DNA of 64,000 nucleotides, taken from positions 124,001-188,000 of the IMG/VR virus record IMGVR_UViG_3300011906_000002; one strand, 5' to 3'. This document shows positions 1 through 9,449 of the stretch, in pieces (within the stretch, counting starts at the first letter, position 1; each line of letters opens with the position of its first letter). The position numbers were made by a program, and so were the translations under genes. Under the pieces are notes generated by a model that made no database searches, was not told the DNA's origin, and worked only from the letters and a program-made list of their open reading frames with translations. The DNA is from an uncultured virus (IMG/VR IMGVR_UViG_3300011906_000002). Lineage: Duplodnaviria; Heunggongvirae; Uroviricota; Caudoviricetes.

Positions 1-1
1 T

Positions 2-118
2 GGGGTGAAGTATCCCAACTACAGTCGCGCTGCTAAAGCTACAGGTTTGAGCCCACGTTCAATCAAACGCTACGTGTTGTCGGATAAACCTGAGCACGAA
101 ACGTACCGTCTGGGGTAA
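2..118 (+). CDS. 3' end of a gene entering the window; NUMOD1/IENR1-like HTH tail typical of homing endonucleases (partial)
   Basis: Frame 2 reads GVKYPNYSRAAKATGLSPRSIKRYVLSDKPEHETYRLG* (G-x-x-Y-x-x-x-x-x-AA-x-x-x-G pattern), followed by a terminator. Confidence 0.5.
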   Translation, partial: GVKYPNYSRAAKATGLSPRSIKRYVLSDKPEHETYRLG

Positions 119-120
119 CA

Positions 121-158
121 AGAAAGAAAGGGGGCTTCGGCTCCCTTTCTTTTTTTTT
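121..158 (+). terminator. Intrinsic terminator
   Basis: AAGAAAGGGGGC-TTCG-GCTCCCTTTCTT stem followed by a long T tract. Confidence 0.85.
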
Positions 159-221
159 GCCGTCTAGGGCTGGAAATCCTATGAAAGCTAAGCTTTAAAC
201 CTAACGTACGGTGGATTGGAT

Positions 222-932
222 ATGAAAGTTAAAGCAGGGGGGGCTTGGCGGTGGTCACACCTTCGAGTGAAATGGGGTGGGTTGTGGAAAACACCTCAGC
301 GGATACTGACGAAGGTCAACGGGGTCTGGCAAGGCATCCAACACCTCCTCTCGGTAATGAATGGACTTACCCGTTGGTGGTTGTCGGAAAGCAAAACCGT
401 TGATCCGATCACCGGAACTTCACTGACCGTTTCATCGGGGGCGAGCTTTGCGGCTGTGTTGGGTCGGATGTCTCTGCGCGTTTATGGGGGTCGGTATGCA
501 TTGGTTCCTAGCGTAAGCCTAAGTGGGAACTGGACCATTAACCTGTGGTATTACCCATTGGGGTATGCGACCTATAGTCATTTGCTAACACATCTAAGTG
601 GTCAGGTCAACTTCGCACTCAAGTTGACCGTTACGGATGGTCGACCTTATCTCCATTACAAAGGTGTTAGTTACGGACTGTCAAGTGCTGGACTGTCTCT
701 GAACCAATGGTCAATGGTTACGGTTACTCATGAAGCAGGGGTCTTGAAGATCTATTTGAATAAGGTTTTGCAAACCACCGCTAATGTCACTGTGTCTCAA
801 GCGGCTGTGAACATGTACGTGGGGCGTGGTCATGAGGAGGAATATTCCAACGGTTATCAACGTGATCTGTTGTTTTATAATCGAGCGTTAAGTCAAGCTG
901 AGATCAACACCGTTTATCAAGAACAGGCGTAA
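222..932 (+). CDS. LamG/concanavalin-A-like domain protein, putative tail-fibre-associated adhesin
   Basis: C-terminal WTINLWYYP, NQWSMVTVTH, LKIYLN, YNRALSQAEI are LamG_3 signatures; Trp/Gly/Lys N-terminus (KAGGAW, KWGGLW, KVNGVW); ATG at 222 preferred. Confidence 0.75.
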   Translation: MKVKAGGAWRWSHLRVKWGGLWKTPQRILTKVNGVWQGIQHLLSVMNGLTRWWLSESKTVDPITGTSLTVSSGASFAAVLGRMSLRVYGGRYALVPSVSLSGNWTINLWYYPLGYATYSHLLTHLSGQVNFALKLTVTDGRPYLHYKGVSYGLSSAGLSLNQWSMVTVTHEAGVLKIYLNKVLQTTANVTVSQAAVNMYVGRGHEEEYSNGYQRDLLFYNRALSQAEINTVYQEQA

Positions 933-971
933 AGGCGGCATACAGGGAGGCTCATGCCTCCCTGTAGGCTT

Positions 972-1301
972 TTATGCCAGCAGTGTCCAACCATGTGTAG
1001 GGCGGCGAGCATAGCACTTTTCGACCATTGCATCTAACCGAGCGTGGGGGATGTTGTGGGCGGTTACACCACCGACGCTACCGTCCGTGAATTCATGAAA
1101 CAGGAAGATAGAGAAACTCTCCCCTTCACGACGCACCTTCCACGAGAACCACCCAAGGTGAGCATAGATCTGCGTGTACTGTTTCTTGATCAAGAACCGG
1201 CTGCGCTTAACTCCACGAAACTCCTCCTCTCGACCAAAAGGTAGGCGCACATACTCTTGGTAGTGTTCCCAACGATCCGCCCGACTGAAGAGTTTCTTCA
1301 T
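972..1301 (-). CDS. Hypothetical protein
   Basis: 109-aa ORF coupled by a 4-nt overlap to the 1298..2521 gene. Confidence 0.7.
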   Translation of the reverse strand: MKKLFSRADRWEHYQEYVRLPFGREEEFRGVKRSRFLIKKQYTQIYAHLGWFSWKVRREGESFSIFLFHEFTDGSVGGVTAHNIPHARLDAMVEKCYARRPTHGWTLLA

Positions 1302-2521
1302 GAGTAGTACTCCATCGTGAACGTACGCAGTACGATGTACAGTTGCAAACCTGTACGCAGACTCGCTTGAACCGAACTGGACTTGGTGGTAGCCGACTTA
1401 GAGACGATCTCTTCAGCCAAGCCTTTCATCTTGAGCAGGACCGGGTCATTCATCTTCGAGGCCATGTACAGGTTACGCAGACGGCTGACCAGGGAGGACA
1501 GGTTCGACTGGTTCCGGATCAAGGCGCGGTTCTGCGACAGGTACTCAAACGCATGCAACAAAGTCTCATCACACAGCTCACCAATGCCTTCATGGCGTGC
1601 TTTGCCGTAGTTCGCTGAACAATGCTCCAAGACCTCGACCAAAAGCTTCGGAGGCATGGTGTGCATGGCATCGTTGATCACCGAGAGCACTTCACTGCGG
1701 ATGAAGGTGTCGCGGTCAGTGATGATCGTGTGGATGTACCGCTTGTAGTTACTGATGCTGCGTTGGCGATCTTTGAGGATACTCTCCCCGTCGATGGCTA
1801 CGGTACTGGAGGTGGAGGAGATGCGTTGCTTGTCATCCTTCAACTCAATCATCACCGCATACATCTTTTTGACCACTTCACGGATGCGCCCTTGCACGTC
1901 TGTAATTAGGTACAAAATAGCGTCATCGTCTGTGAAGTCTTTGATCGTCTTGTGGTGAATCCCGGTGCGCGAGACAATGTCTTGCGACCGTGCCGTGAAC
2001 AAGGCGTGCCAGCTCCCGTGTTGCTTCAAGGCGTATTTCTTGCTCAGTGACTCGTAAACCGCTTGAGCCAACTCTTTGTCCGCCGGGAATTTGAAGTAGT
2101 GTGCAAAGATGCTGGTAATGAACTTCACCTGCAACATATACGCCACGTCTACCATCGCCTGCTCCTTCTCCCGAGCAGTCAGCTTGGAGGAGGTGTAGAG
2201 TGCATGGAGCAACCAGGCACTGGTCAGGTTGACCACATCGGAGGTACGCTTGTATTCTTCGTTGATCACCTCAAGGGAGTACAACGCTTCGGTCAGGCCG
2301 TCATCGTCAATGTCGAGGACTTCGCCAAACCAGGTGTCACGGTCAGCTTGGAGGTACCGCACCACTTCTACGCCTAAGAGGTTCCCACCAAAGAACTTGA
2401 TGTGATCTTCGTTGCGGTTCATGAAGGTGTGCTTAAAGCTCGCCAGCCGCTTCACCAACTTACTGTCGATCTCAAGGTAGGACAGTTGTTTCTTGAACGT
2501 GTCCTTGATTGTGGAGGCCAT
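1298..2521 (-). CDS. Conserved phiKZ-like virion structural protein (probably gp32-like)
   Basis: 407-aa ORF with FFGGNLLGV motif; position upstream of phuZ; assignment by recalled synteny. Confidence 0.6.
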   Translation of the reverse strand: MASTIKDTFKKQLSYLEIDSKLVKRLASFKHTFMNRNEDHIKFFGGNLLGVEVVRYLQADRDTWFGEVLDIDDDGLTEALYSLEVINEEYKRTSDVVNLTSAWLLHALYTSSKLTAREKEQAMVDVAYMLQVKFITSIFAHYFKFPADKELAQAVYESLSKKYALKQHGSWHALFTARSQDIVSRTGIHHKTIKDFTDDDAILYLITDVQGRIREVVKKMYAVMIELKDDKQRISSTSSTVAIDGESILKDRQRSISNYKRYIHTIITDRDTFIRSEVLSVINDAMHTMPPKLLVEVLEHCSANYGKARHEGIGELCDETLLHAFEYLSQNRALIRNQSNLSSLVSRLRNLYMASKMNDPVLLKMKGLAEEIVSKSATTKSSSVQASLRTGLQLYIVLRTFTMEYYS

Positions 2522-2578
2522 AAGAAGAGGTCCTAAAAAGCGGGGTTGTCACAAGATACCAAATAAAAAATTCTTAAA

Positions 2579-2597
2579 TACATATTACCCAAGTGAA
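2579..2597 (+). promoter_or_regulatory. Early (virion RNAP) promoter, TATATTAC-like
   Basis: TACATATTACCCAAGTGAA with an A-rich upstream element, followed by CTAAGGAGG RBS. Confidence 0.65.
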
Positions 2598-2647
2598 TAG
2601 ACTCTGAAGTCTTTTTGTTTAACGCGTAGCCCTAAGGAGGGTAAAGC

Positions 2648-2908
2648 ATGCTTGAGGTGATGGAGCAACTATACGCTGCTGAACTGGCGTTGTGTGAGCT
2701 GTGGTTTGATTTCTTCCGCCGGTTCCCTATGGTTGAGGATTCAGAGTTCTACTTCGAAGAAGCCACGTTCTACGCAAACGCAGCACGTGAGACCTTCAAA
2801 GGCATGGGTGAGATGGCCGAGATGTTTAACGAGATCGAAAAACACCTTGGCAAAGAAGGGTTACAAGAGTTACAACACTTTATCGAAGCCGGGCGCCAGC
2901 CCAACTAA
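2648..2908 (+). CDS. Hypothetical early protein
   Basis: 86-aa ORF with strong AAGGAGG RBS. Confidence 0.8.
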   Translation: MLEVMEQLYAAELALCELWFDFFRRFPMVEDSEFYFEEATFYANAARETFKGMGEMAEMFNEIEKHLGKEGLQELQHFIEAGRQPN

Positions 2909-2937
2909 ACTTGTCTGACTTTTAAGGAAAAGTACCC

Positions 2938-3462
2938 ATGAGCACTATCAACCGCATTGACTTCAACACCTTTGATGAATTGGACATGGACACCTTGAAT
3001 AAGAACCTTCAAGCGTTCCTCGACAGTGACATCAAACCACCCGTGGTATCGTCCAGCAACTCAACCTCGACCTTGGTAGCCGACATGATTGAAGAACGTC
3101 CTCGCCGTCCCTTGGAGCACTACTTGCTGACTGATGCGATTCGTCCGACGTTCAAGACCGACGAGATTGGAAAACTGATCCTGCGCTTTGATGTCCTCAA
3201 GACGGCACTGTTGGGCAACGACACTCTGGAGCTGCGTAAGGAGTTGTCCAGTCATGTCAACGCGATGATGACCACGGCTCGTATCCTGTTGGTCAGCGAC
3301 CGTGGGTTGATCGAGAAGAACATCAAACGGTTGGAAGCGGCTGGGGTTCATGTGTCGCTCTGCCCTTCGCAGGATGGGGAAGGTTACCTGTTGGTGCTCA
3401 ATGCCCAAGGGGTTGGCTTTAGTCGTCGGTTGTATCTGAACAACTATTGGCCAATTCGTTAA
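2938..3462 (+). CDS. Hypothetical early protein
   Basis: 174-aa ORF, TAAGGA RBS. Confidence 0.8.
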   Translation: MSTINRIDFNTFDELDMDTLNKNLQAFLDSDIKPPVVSSSNSTSTLVADMIEERPRRPLEHYLLTDAIRPTFKTDEIGKLILRFDVLKTALLGNDTLELRKELSSHVNAMMTTARILLVSDRGLIEKNIKRLEAAGVHVSLCPSQDGEGYLLVLNAQGVGFSRRLYLNNYWPIR

Positions 3463-3551
3463 TAACTATGAAGTCGAGTGCATCCACCTGGGTGTGCTCG
3501 GCTGATCCTTTATTTTTTATCCACTTCTTAGCCAAAGCTGAGGTACCGACA

Positions 3552-4040
3552 ATGGGCGTCCGTGGCATCTTCCAATACAGTCTGGAAAATCGCGAAGAGA
3601 ACGTGGTGGACGACGACAGTGTCGAACACCCACTATTCGATGGCTTTGAGCCTGAACGTAATGTCATCCTCCATGGGTCGATTGAAGGAGGTGAGTGGGA
3701 GGAGATCCTACAGGAGTCCTTTAAGGAGTTCCGTGTATGGAATCTACCAGGCCGAGGTGTGACCGTGCCGTCGTTGGAGACCATCCAACTGCAAGACCAC
3801 GCGCAAGACCTGACCGAAGACCTGTTGCGTGAAGCAACCCAGGTGTACGTACTACCCGAAGACGATCTCGGACAGGCAGTGCAAAAGCAGTTCCTCGAGG
3901 CTGCCATGAACAACCCCGAGAACTCCGTACTGGTTGCCAAGCGTCCAGAAGACCTGGCGGTCGATGTACTGCGTAAGAAAGGGATTGCTGTAGTGGCCTC
4001 CTTGGAAGACGCGGCACTGTACATAGCCACAGCGTGCTAA
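3552..4040 (+). CDS. Nucleoside 2-deoxyribosyltransferase-like protein (degenerate)
   Basis: NVILHGSIEGGEW...VWN resembles the NDT-like family start; GAGGT RBS before ATG 3552; N-terminal YSLE motif. Confidence 0.45.
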   Translation: MGVRGIFQYSLENREENVVDDDSVEHPLFDGFEPERNVILHGSIEGGEWEEILQESFKEFRVWNLPGRGVTVPSLETIQLQDHAQDLTEDLLREATQVYVLPEDDLGQAVQKQFLEAAMNNPENSVLVAKRPEDLAVDVLRKKGIAVVASLEDAALYIATAC

Positions 4041-4520
4041 GCAGACTGGGCGGGCGGCTTCGGCCGTTGCGCCCGGTTATGCCAGCGCGGGCCGGCGGGC
4101 GGCGGGGCATAGATAAATGTTTGCTTTTTAGATCCCCTCTGGGGTATCTCTAGGGTTTAAGCTTATCTGTTTTCCTATGTCAATATTATTTTACAGATCT
4201 CAGGTATGGGTTTGTAGATACAAGCGGAAGGAATGAAGGAGTAGTTACTACGCACAAAGCGGAGGAACTAGGACGGAATGACTGACAGCTGAACCAATCC
4301 CACTCATTCCTACGGATCGTGGTCTTGGAGCGTAGCGTAAAGGCCTAAGAGGCGTGGGGGTGAGGGGGGTAAACAGCAGGAATCGAAGATTCCTTCCTTA
4401 TTGCTTTTGGTGTAACCTCTATCGCTACTAGAATAAACAACCTTATGAAACTCACGCACCTACCAACGTAACCCTCAGTGGAGTTGGGGTGTACTCTATC
4501 AATCCCGAGCCAACACTATA
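4041..4520. other. 480-bp ORF-poor region with nested inverted and direct repeats (possible origin, packaging signal or ncRNA)
   Basis: AGATAA/TTATCT, GGAATGA/TCATTCC and AGGAATC/GATTCCT inverted repeats; two AAGCGGA(A)GGAA direct repeats; GC-rich block next to an AT-rich block. Confidence 0.35.
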
Positions 4521-4850
4521 ATGAACAACACAGTCTGGAAAAACAACCAAGCCGCTTGTGTCCAATACGCACAAGCCTTACGAGCCATCCGTGAAGAGGT
4601 TGGGGAGAACCCTGCACGTGATTTGGAACGTACTGCACGCATTGATCCAAAGACCTTGGGTGCCTTAGTTGACGCAGTACAACGTCATCACGAGATCCTG
4701 GTGCAGCTGAATGACCCTGAGTTCTTTACTCGGGCGCATAACCCTAAGGGTACCGCGCACCGCTACCAGGCGTCTACGCCAGTGGGGACTTTTCTGTTTG
4801 ACATGGACTACTCCCAAGTTGAAATAGCTGCACGCAATATCTGTTACTGA
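4521..4850 (+). CDS. Hypothetical protein
   Basis: 109-aa ORF followed by a UUCG hairpin. Confidence 0.75.
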   Translation: MNNTVWKNNQAACVQYAQALRAIREEVGENPARDLERTARIDPKTLGALVDAVQRHHEILVQLNDPEFFTRAHNPKGTAHRYQASTPVGTFLFDMDYSQVEIAARNICY

Positions 4851-4940
4851 GTAGAGTCCTGTCTCCCTTCGGGGAGGCAGGGCTTTATGCTCGGGTATCC
4901 TATGAAAGCAGGCTGGGCTTTTTTTTTCTTGGGGTGGAGC

Positions 4941-5495
4941 ATGAAACAACGTATCTTGGGTTTGTGGCGACAAATCCTACCCAAAGTGAAAGTAGGTGGG
5001 GTTTGGAAGGATGTAGACGTTGGATGGATTAAACAGAATGGTGTATTTCGTAAGTTCAAATACCCTTTTGTAACGGCTGGGGAAACCCTTAGCTTGTATC
5101 GTGGGATCAACACTCGTCCTGACGGTAGTCAGTTTGAACGACGTTCGTTTATACGAGGCGGTAACGGGCCTGCAGTGGGTGGAGTACCTGGCGCTGCTAT
5201 CCAAGGTAGCCTGACTACGTTTAAGTACAACGTTGATGGCCTTGTGTGGGACATCCGTGGTATTGAGACCGGTTCTGATGTGGTAGGGGGCGTTGCAGCT
5301 TGGAAGTGGGTGTCACTACAATGGTTCGGGTCATTAGACTCCAATAAGCTGGCTCGGGTCATTTATTTGAATGGTCACACTGCCATCTTTAAGACCGGTG
5401 GGTACAATCCAGACTTTGACATGACGTTCTTAACGTACGAGCTGATTGAGGCACGCCAGTTCCCGTTTAATACCAACTTGTCTATTCGGTTCTAA
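4941..5495 (+). CDS. Putative tail-fibre-associated/adhesin-like protein
   Basis: GGAG RBS before ATG 4941; N-terminal ILGLW..KVKVGGVWK..WIKQNGVF module shared with 222..932; Gly-rich internal loop. Confidence 0.55.
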   Translation: MKQRILGLWRQILPKVKVGGVWKDVDVGWIKQNGVFRKFKYPFVTAGETLSLYRGINTRPDGSQFERRSFIRGGNGPAVGGVPGAAIQGSLTTFKYNVDGLVWDIRGIETGSDVVGGVAAWKWVSLQWFGSLDSNKLARVIYLNGHTAIFKTGGYNPDFDMTFLTYELIEARQFPFNTNLSIRF

Positions 5496-5535
5496 GACAG
5501 CATACGGCGAGGGTTACCCCTCGCCTGTTATGCCG

Positions 5536-6279
5536 TTACTGAATGGATAGGAACTGTGAGGCGCTGTGGTGCTTGCGATACAAGTTGAACTTCACCAAGG
5601 GCTCGGTTAACCGGTAACCTGCATGTTTGAGCAGACCGTTTAAGGTTTCATCCTCCACACGGGCTAACACTTGACCGACCCGTACTGAGTTGAGCAACAC
5701 ACTCCCTACTGTGAAATAGTCGACCTCAGGGTTAGTAGAGAGTCCTACGAAGTCATTGTGTAACGTGGTGGTGATCAGAATCCCAACCGGTTGTTCGTTC
5801 TGGTACGCAAAGGTGTACTGGTGGGGGACGTCACTGTAGTTAATCGCTCCCATAGCCGGTAAGCTGTAGGAGATCCCTAGAGCCGCCAGGAAGCTCTGTG
5901 CTTGATCTAAGGTAGCTCGGCCTACCGTTACAGGTGAATCGCTCTCCAGAGACACCCTGTAGCGTTTGAGCCACTCTCTGGGAATGATCCGTACCGAACA
6001 AGTAGTGCGTTTTTGTTCGATCAGTTTACAGAAGCGGTGAAAGCCGTCAAGGATCACCCAACCAAACCGAGGTTCTTCGGTGATGATGATTGGGTATCGG
6101 GTATCAGCCTCTTTCAAGCGGATGGGGTCTGGTTCCCCGAAACGTAAGTTCCATTCCAATTTGTTGGTATGGACTTGTTTGACAGGTAACTTCGCAGCAT
6201 CGGCTAGTAGAGGGTCGAGTTGGTAATCTTTGTCCATATGACGGAAGGTGCTGTCTGGGCCTTCTTGATAAGGGGTCAT
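5536..6279 (-). CDS. ParB/Srx N-terminal-like domain fused to a possible GNAT-like domain
   Basis: YPIIIT...ILDGFHR is the ParB-N motif; VSLES linker; C-terminal FAYQNEQPVG...LLKHAGY resembles an acetyltransferase fold. Confidence 0.5.
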   Translation of the reverse strand: MTPYQEGPDSTFRHMDKDYQLDPLLADAAKLPVKQVHTNKLEWNLRFGEPDPIRLKEADTRYPIIITEEPRFGWVILDGFHRFCKLIEQKRTTCSVRIIPREWLKRYRVSLESDSPVTVGRATLDQAQSFLAALGISYSLPAMGAINYSDVPHQYTFAYQNEQPVGILITTTLHNDFVGLSTNPEVDYFTVGSVLLNSVRVGQVLARVEDETLNGLLKHAGYRLTEPLVKFNLYRKHHSASQFLSIQ

Positions 6280-6323
6280 AAAAAGAATCCTTAAAGGAGA
6301 GGTTACCCTCTCCTCTGGTTAGG

Positions 6324-7139
6324 TTACCACCGTCCGCCAGTCAGCAGACCAAGGTGACGTTTGTGTTGTTCCGGATCGCTCAATATTGCAATTTTTCGCC
6401 AGCGTTCATCGAACATGGTTTGGTATTGCTCGTGCGCATCGGAGTACCCGTCTACCACTTCACGGAAACGACCAATGGCCATACCACCCATCAACTGAGC
6501 CTGGTCCATGGAGATGTTGATGTTGTTGTAGATATAGCCCTTACACGCCAACACACACATCTTGCCGAAGACCAACACTGCAGCAGGCAAGAACCCGTTC
6601 AGTTCAGCGTCTGATTCAATCACACAGCGCAGGTAAGGATTACCTGGCATGGCGATGTTCTCTTTCACCAGTACAGTGTTCTCACCCATCAACTCGATGT
6701 TGGCTGTGGACACAATGGGGATCGAGCTATGTGAAGCTAAAACCCCTTGGGCCTTACTCAAGATCTCTGAGCGCCCTTGCAAGCCCATATTCAACGAGCC
6801 TGCTATACCGCCGTCACCGAAGGTAATGTGCAGGACGCGGATAATGCTGCGCTGTTGGGTAAGGTGTTTCGGGACTCGATATACGAGGTTATACGAGTTA
6901 ACGTACTCGGGACGTACTGTGGCAAGCGGTACAGTAACTTCAGTACCGCCGACAAGATGACAATCCGGCAAAACAATACCATCGATCACGGCCTCACGAA
7001 TACGCTGATCCAGCGATAAGGGTTGGAAGTTGTGGCGTCCACCGAAGGCAGACATGGTTTCAGTCAAGAACGTTTGTTCCAGGATCTGTTTGGGGATACT
7101 GGTCCGAATGTCCTTGAGGGCTTTTTGAATGGCGTTCAT
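6324..7139 (-). CDS. Conserved phiKZ-like core protein (probably gp42-like)
   Basis: 271-aa ORF with AAGG RBS; assignment by recalled similarity and synteny. Confidence 0.55.
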   Translation of the reverse strand: MNAIQKALKDIRTSIPKQILEQTFLTETMSAFGGRHNFQPLSLDQRIREAVIDGIVLPDCHLVGGTEVTVPLATVRPEYVNSYNLVYRVPKHLTQQRSIIRVLHITFGDGGIAGSLNMGLQGRSEILSKAQGVLASHSSIPIVSTANIELMGENTVLVKENIAMPGNPYLRCVIESDAELNGFLPAAVLVFGKMCVLACKGYIYNNINISMDQAQLMGGMAIGRFREVVDGYSDAHEQYQTMFDERWRKIAILSDPEQHKRHLGLLTGGRW

Positions 7140-7215
7140 AGTTAAGGTCCTACGTTAGTTTCCCCTTCTATAAAATTGCGTAACTCTTAAAGGGTAATGT
7201 AAATAAAATCAGATG

Positions 7216-7230
7216 TATACTATCTACTGG
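7216..7230 (+). promoter_or_regulatory. Early promoter variant
   Basis: AAATAAAATCAGATG-TATACTATCTACTGG, nearly identical to the 29633 site. Confidence 0.55.
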
Positions 7231-7268
7231 CAATACAACAAGGAACCTAATTTCTGTGGAGTTGCATC

Positions 7269-7481
7269 ATGCTTAAATGGATTAACCCTTGCTATTGGGG
7301 AGAGCGTGCAGCACAAGCAACCATTCGTTGGGAAAACCGCCGCCGCGCAGAACAGCTGTTTAACCAAGCCGACCTACTGATTCAGGAAGCCGCACACTAC
7401 CACCCAGGTCCGCTTAAAGACGCCTGCATTAGCCATGCACAAGAGTTGGCTAACAAGGCCTTTGCTTTGTGCGATAAATAA
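7269..7481 (+). CDS. Hypothetical protein
   Basis: 70-aa ORF, GGAG RBS. Confidence 0.7.
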   Translation: MLKWINPCYWGERAAQATIRWENRRRAEQLFNQADLLIQEAAHYHPGPLKDACISHAQELANKAFALCDK

Positions 7482-7508
7482 GTCCCCGTAATTCTAAGGA
7501 GAATATCA

Positions 7509-8117
7509 ATGCCTCTAATGCGTGCAAATCCTGAAGTCGATGAGTTGCGTGAACAAGTCATCGGTGATTTCTTTCAAGTGTGGGAACTCAATGATCCTGC
7601 ACATCGTGTTAAGCATTTTGAAGAAGTAGAACATTGTGCTAACCACATCAATGATTCGCTGCGGTTGGGTTATGACCCTAAGCTGATCATGCTCGTGGCG
7701 TATTTCCATGATATGTTTGCATGGTCCCGCGATAACCATCACTTGATGTCAGGTGAGTGGATCATGACCACAAGCTACCCTGTCATCGCGGCCCTTGATC
7801 CTGAGGAGCGTTTAATGGTAGCGGCTGGGTGTCGTGAACACCGGGCTTCAAATACTCAACCGTTCACCTGTGGTTTTGCTCAACTGATGTCGTCTGCCGA
7901 CCGAGGCTTTCCTGACCTCTCGCTGAGACACATGACCCAACGAGCAATCGAATACCGTCTCCATAAAGGACTAGGCACGACCGAAGCTCGTAAGGGTGCC
8001 ATTAGACACCTCAAGGAGAAATTCGGCACCAACGGATATGCTAACTATCCGGCCTACTACCAAGCGGTGTTTAAAGCAGAGTTACAAAAGCAACGAGAGC
8101 TGGTTGACGTACTCTGA
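7509..8117 (+). CDS. HD-domain phosphohydrolase
   Basis: AHRVKH...AYFHD...H...EHRAS...SADRG HD motifs. Confidence 0.85.
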   Translation: MPLMRANPEVDELREQVIGDFFQVWELNDPAHRVKHFEEVEHCANHINDSLRLGYDPKLIMLVAYFHDMFAWSRDNHHLMSGEWIMTTSYPVIAALDPEERLMVAAGCREHRASNTQPFTCGFAQLMSSADRGFPDLSLRHMTQRAIEYRLHKGLGTTEARKGAIRHLKEKFGTNGYANYPAYYQAVFKAELQKQRELVDVL

Positions 8118-8244
8118 GTAAAAAAAGACACGTGCTCGGTATTTCTGTGAAGAAGTGTCAGCACAAACCAATGTAGGGGTTTGCTCAACCAAACCCAAGC
8201 CAACCCCTATGTGCTAAACTTAACCTGAACAAAAGGTGAATCAA

Positions 8245-9207
8245 ATGGAAGTTGGAAAAGTAAGGTTGTATGGCTGTGGCGGTCTCGGGGTCAACTTCGC
8301 GGCTCGTTATCTGAATAGCAAAAGCGGAGATGGCTTCGCTGCGATCGATCCTGCGTTCATCGATACCAGCCGTTCCAATCTCACCCCGGAAATCCCCGAG
8401 GAGAAGGTTTACATCCTCGAGAATACCGACGGCTCCGGTAAAGTGCGTCGTGAGAACCACGCACAGATCTCCAGCTCCATCAAGCACATCCTGCAATCGC
8501 AGCAGCCTGGTGAGTTCAACATCGTCGTGTTCTCGGCCTCCGGTGGCTCGGGTTCGGTGCTGGGTCCGCTCATCGTTTCGGAACTGTTGGTTCGTGGTCT
8601 GCCGGTTGTGGTTCTGGTTGCCGGTTCTTCGGAATCGAACATCACAGCCAACAACACCGTCAACACCCTGAAGTCACTGGCTGCGATCAGTAAGAAGGAA
8701 TCGGCTCCGGTCGTAACCTACTACTTGCACAACGGTGGCGACAACACCCGTTCGGCAGTGGACAAGAAGCTGGCGTTCGCTACCTCCTGCCTGTCGTACC
8801 TGGCGTCTCGCCAGAATGCTGAGCTGGATACCAAGGACGTTAGCCACTGGCTGCGTTACAACCACTCGACCGAAGTGGCTCCACAGCTCTCGCTGCTGGA
8901 CATCTTCATCGACCAGAAGTCGGCCAAGAGCATCACCGATCCGATCTCGGTGGCCAGCCTCTACGCTGATCGTGACCAACCGCACCTGACTGATCCGGTT
9001 CCGGACTACTCGTGCGCCGGTTACTTCCAGCACAAGGTACAGGACATCGAAGAAATCCACTTCGTGATCTCCACCCAACACCTCGGCGCGACTTACGAGA
9101 AGCTCGAGGAAACCCGCAACGACTACAACGCTCGTCGTGACAGCCGCGTACAGACCCGCAAGATCGTGGATCTGGACGAAGCACAAGACGATGGTTTGGT
9201 TCTGTAA
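8245..9207 (+). CDS. phuZ: Phage tubulin PhuZ
   Basis: GCGGLG, DGSGK, SASGGSGSVLG tubulin signature, acidic DDGLVL C-terminal tail. Confidence 0.95.
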   Translation: MEVGKVRLYGCGGLGVNFAARYLNSKSGDGFAAIDPAFIDTSRSNLTPEIPEEKVYILENTDGSGKVRRENHAQISSSIKHILQSQQPGEFNIVVFSASGGSGSVLGPLIVSELLVRGLPVVVLVAGSSESNITANNTVNTLKSLAAISKKESAPVVTYYLHNGGDNTRSAVDKKLAFATSCLSYLASRQNAELDTKDVSHWLRYNHSTEVAPQLSLLDIFIDQKSAKSITDPISVASLYADRDQPHLTDPVPDYSCAGYFQHKVQDIEEIHFVISTQHLGATYEKLEETRNDYNARRDSRVQTRKIVDLDEAQDDGLVL

Positions 9208-9217
9208 GAGGTAATAT

Positions 9218-9418
9218 ATGAGCCACTTCTTTGCATGTGACACCTGCGATACGGTAGACCTCGATGAGTTGTCACCGTTGCCGCAACCTTGCCCGTCAGG
9301 CAAGTGGCTCTGTACCTGCTGCATGAGCCAGCCCTGGCACAATCAGTTCCCCAAAGAGAAGTACAACCCCGAGAAGCATCTGGTGGTTAATCGTCCTTCT
9401 GGAATTGGCCTGGGTTAA
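9218..9418 (+). CDS. Small Cys-rich (zinc-binding) protein
   Basis: CDTC...LCTCC...WHNQFP; GAGG RBS. Confidence 0.75.
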   Translation: MSHFFACDTCDTVDLDELSPLPQPCPSGKWLCTCCMSQPWHNQFPKEKYNPEKHLVVNRPSGIGLG

Positions 9419-9449
9419 TCCACTGTCGTTGAAATAGGACTTCGCCATC

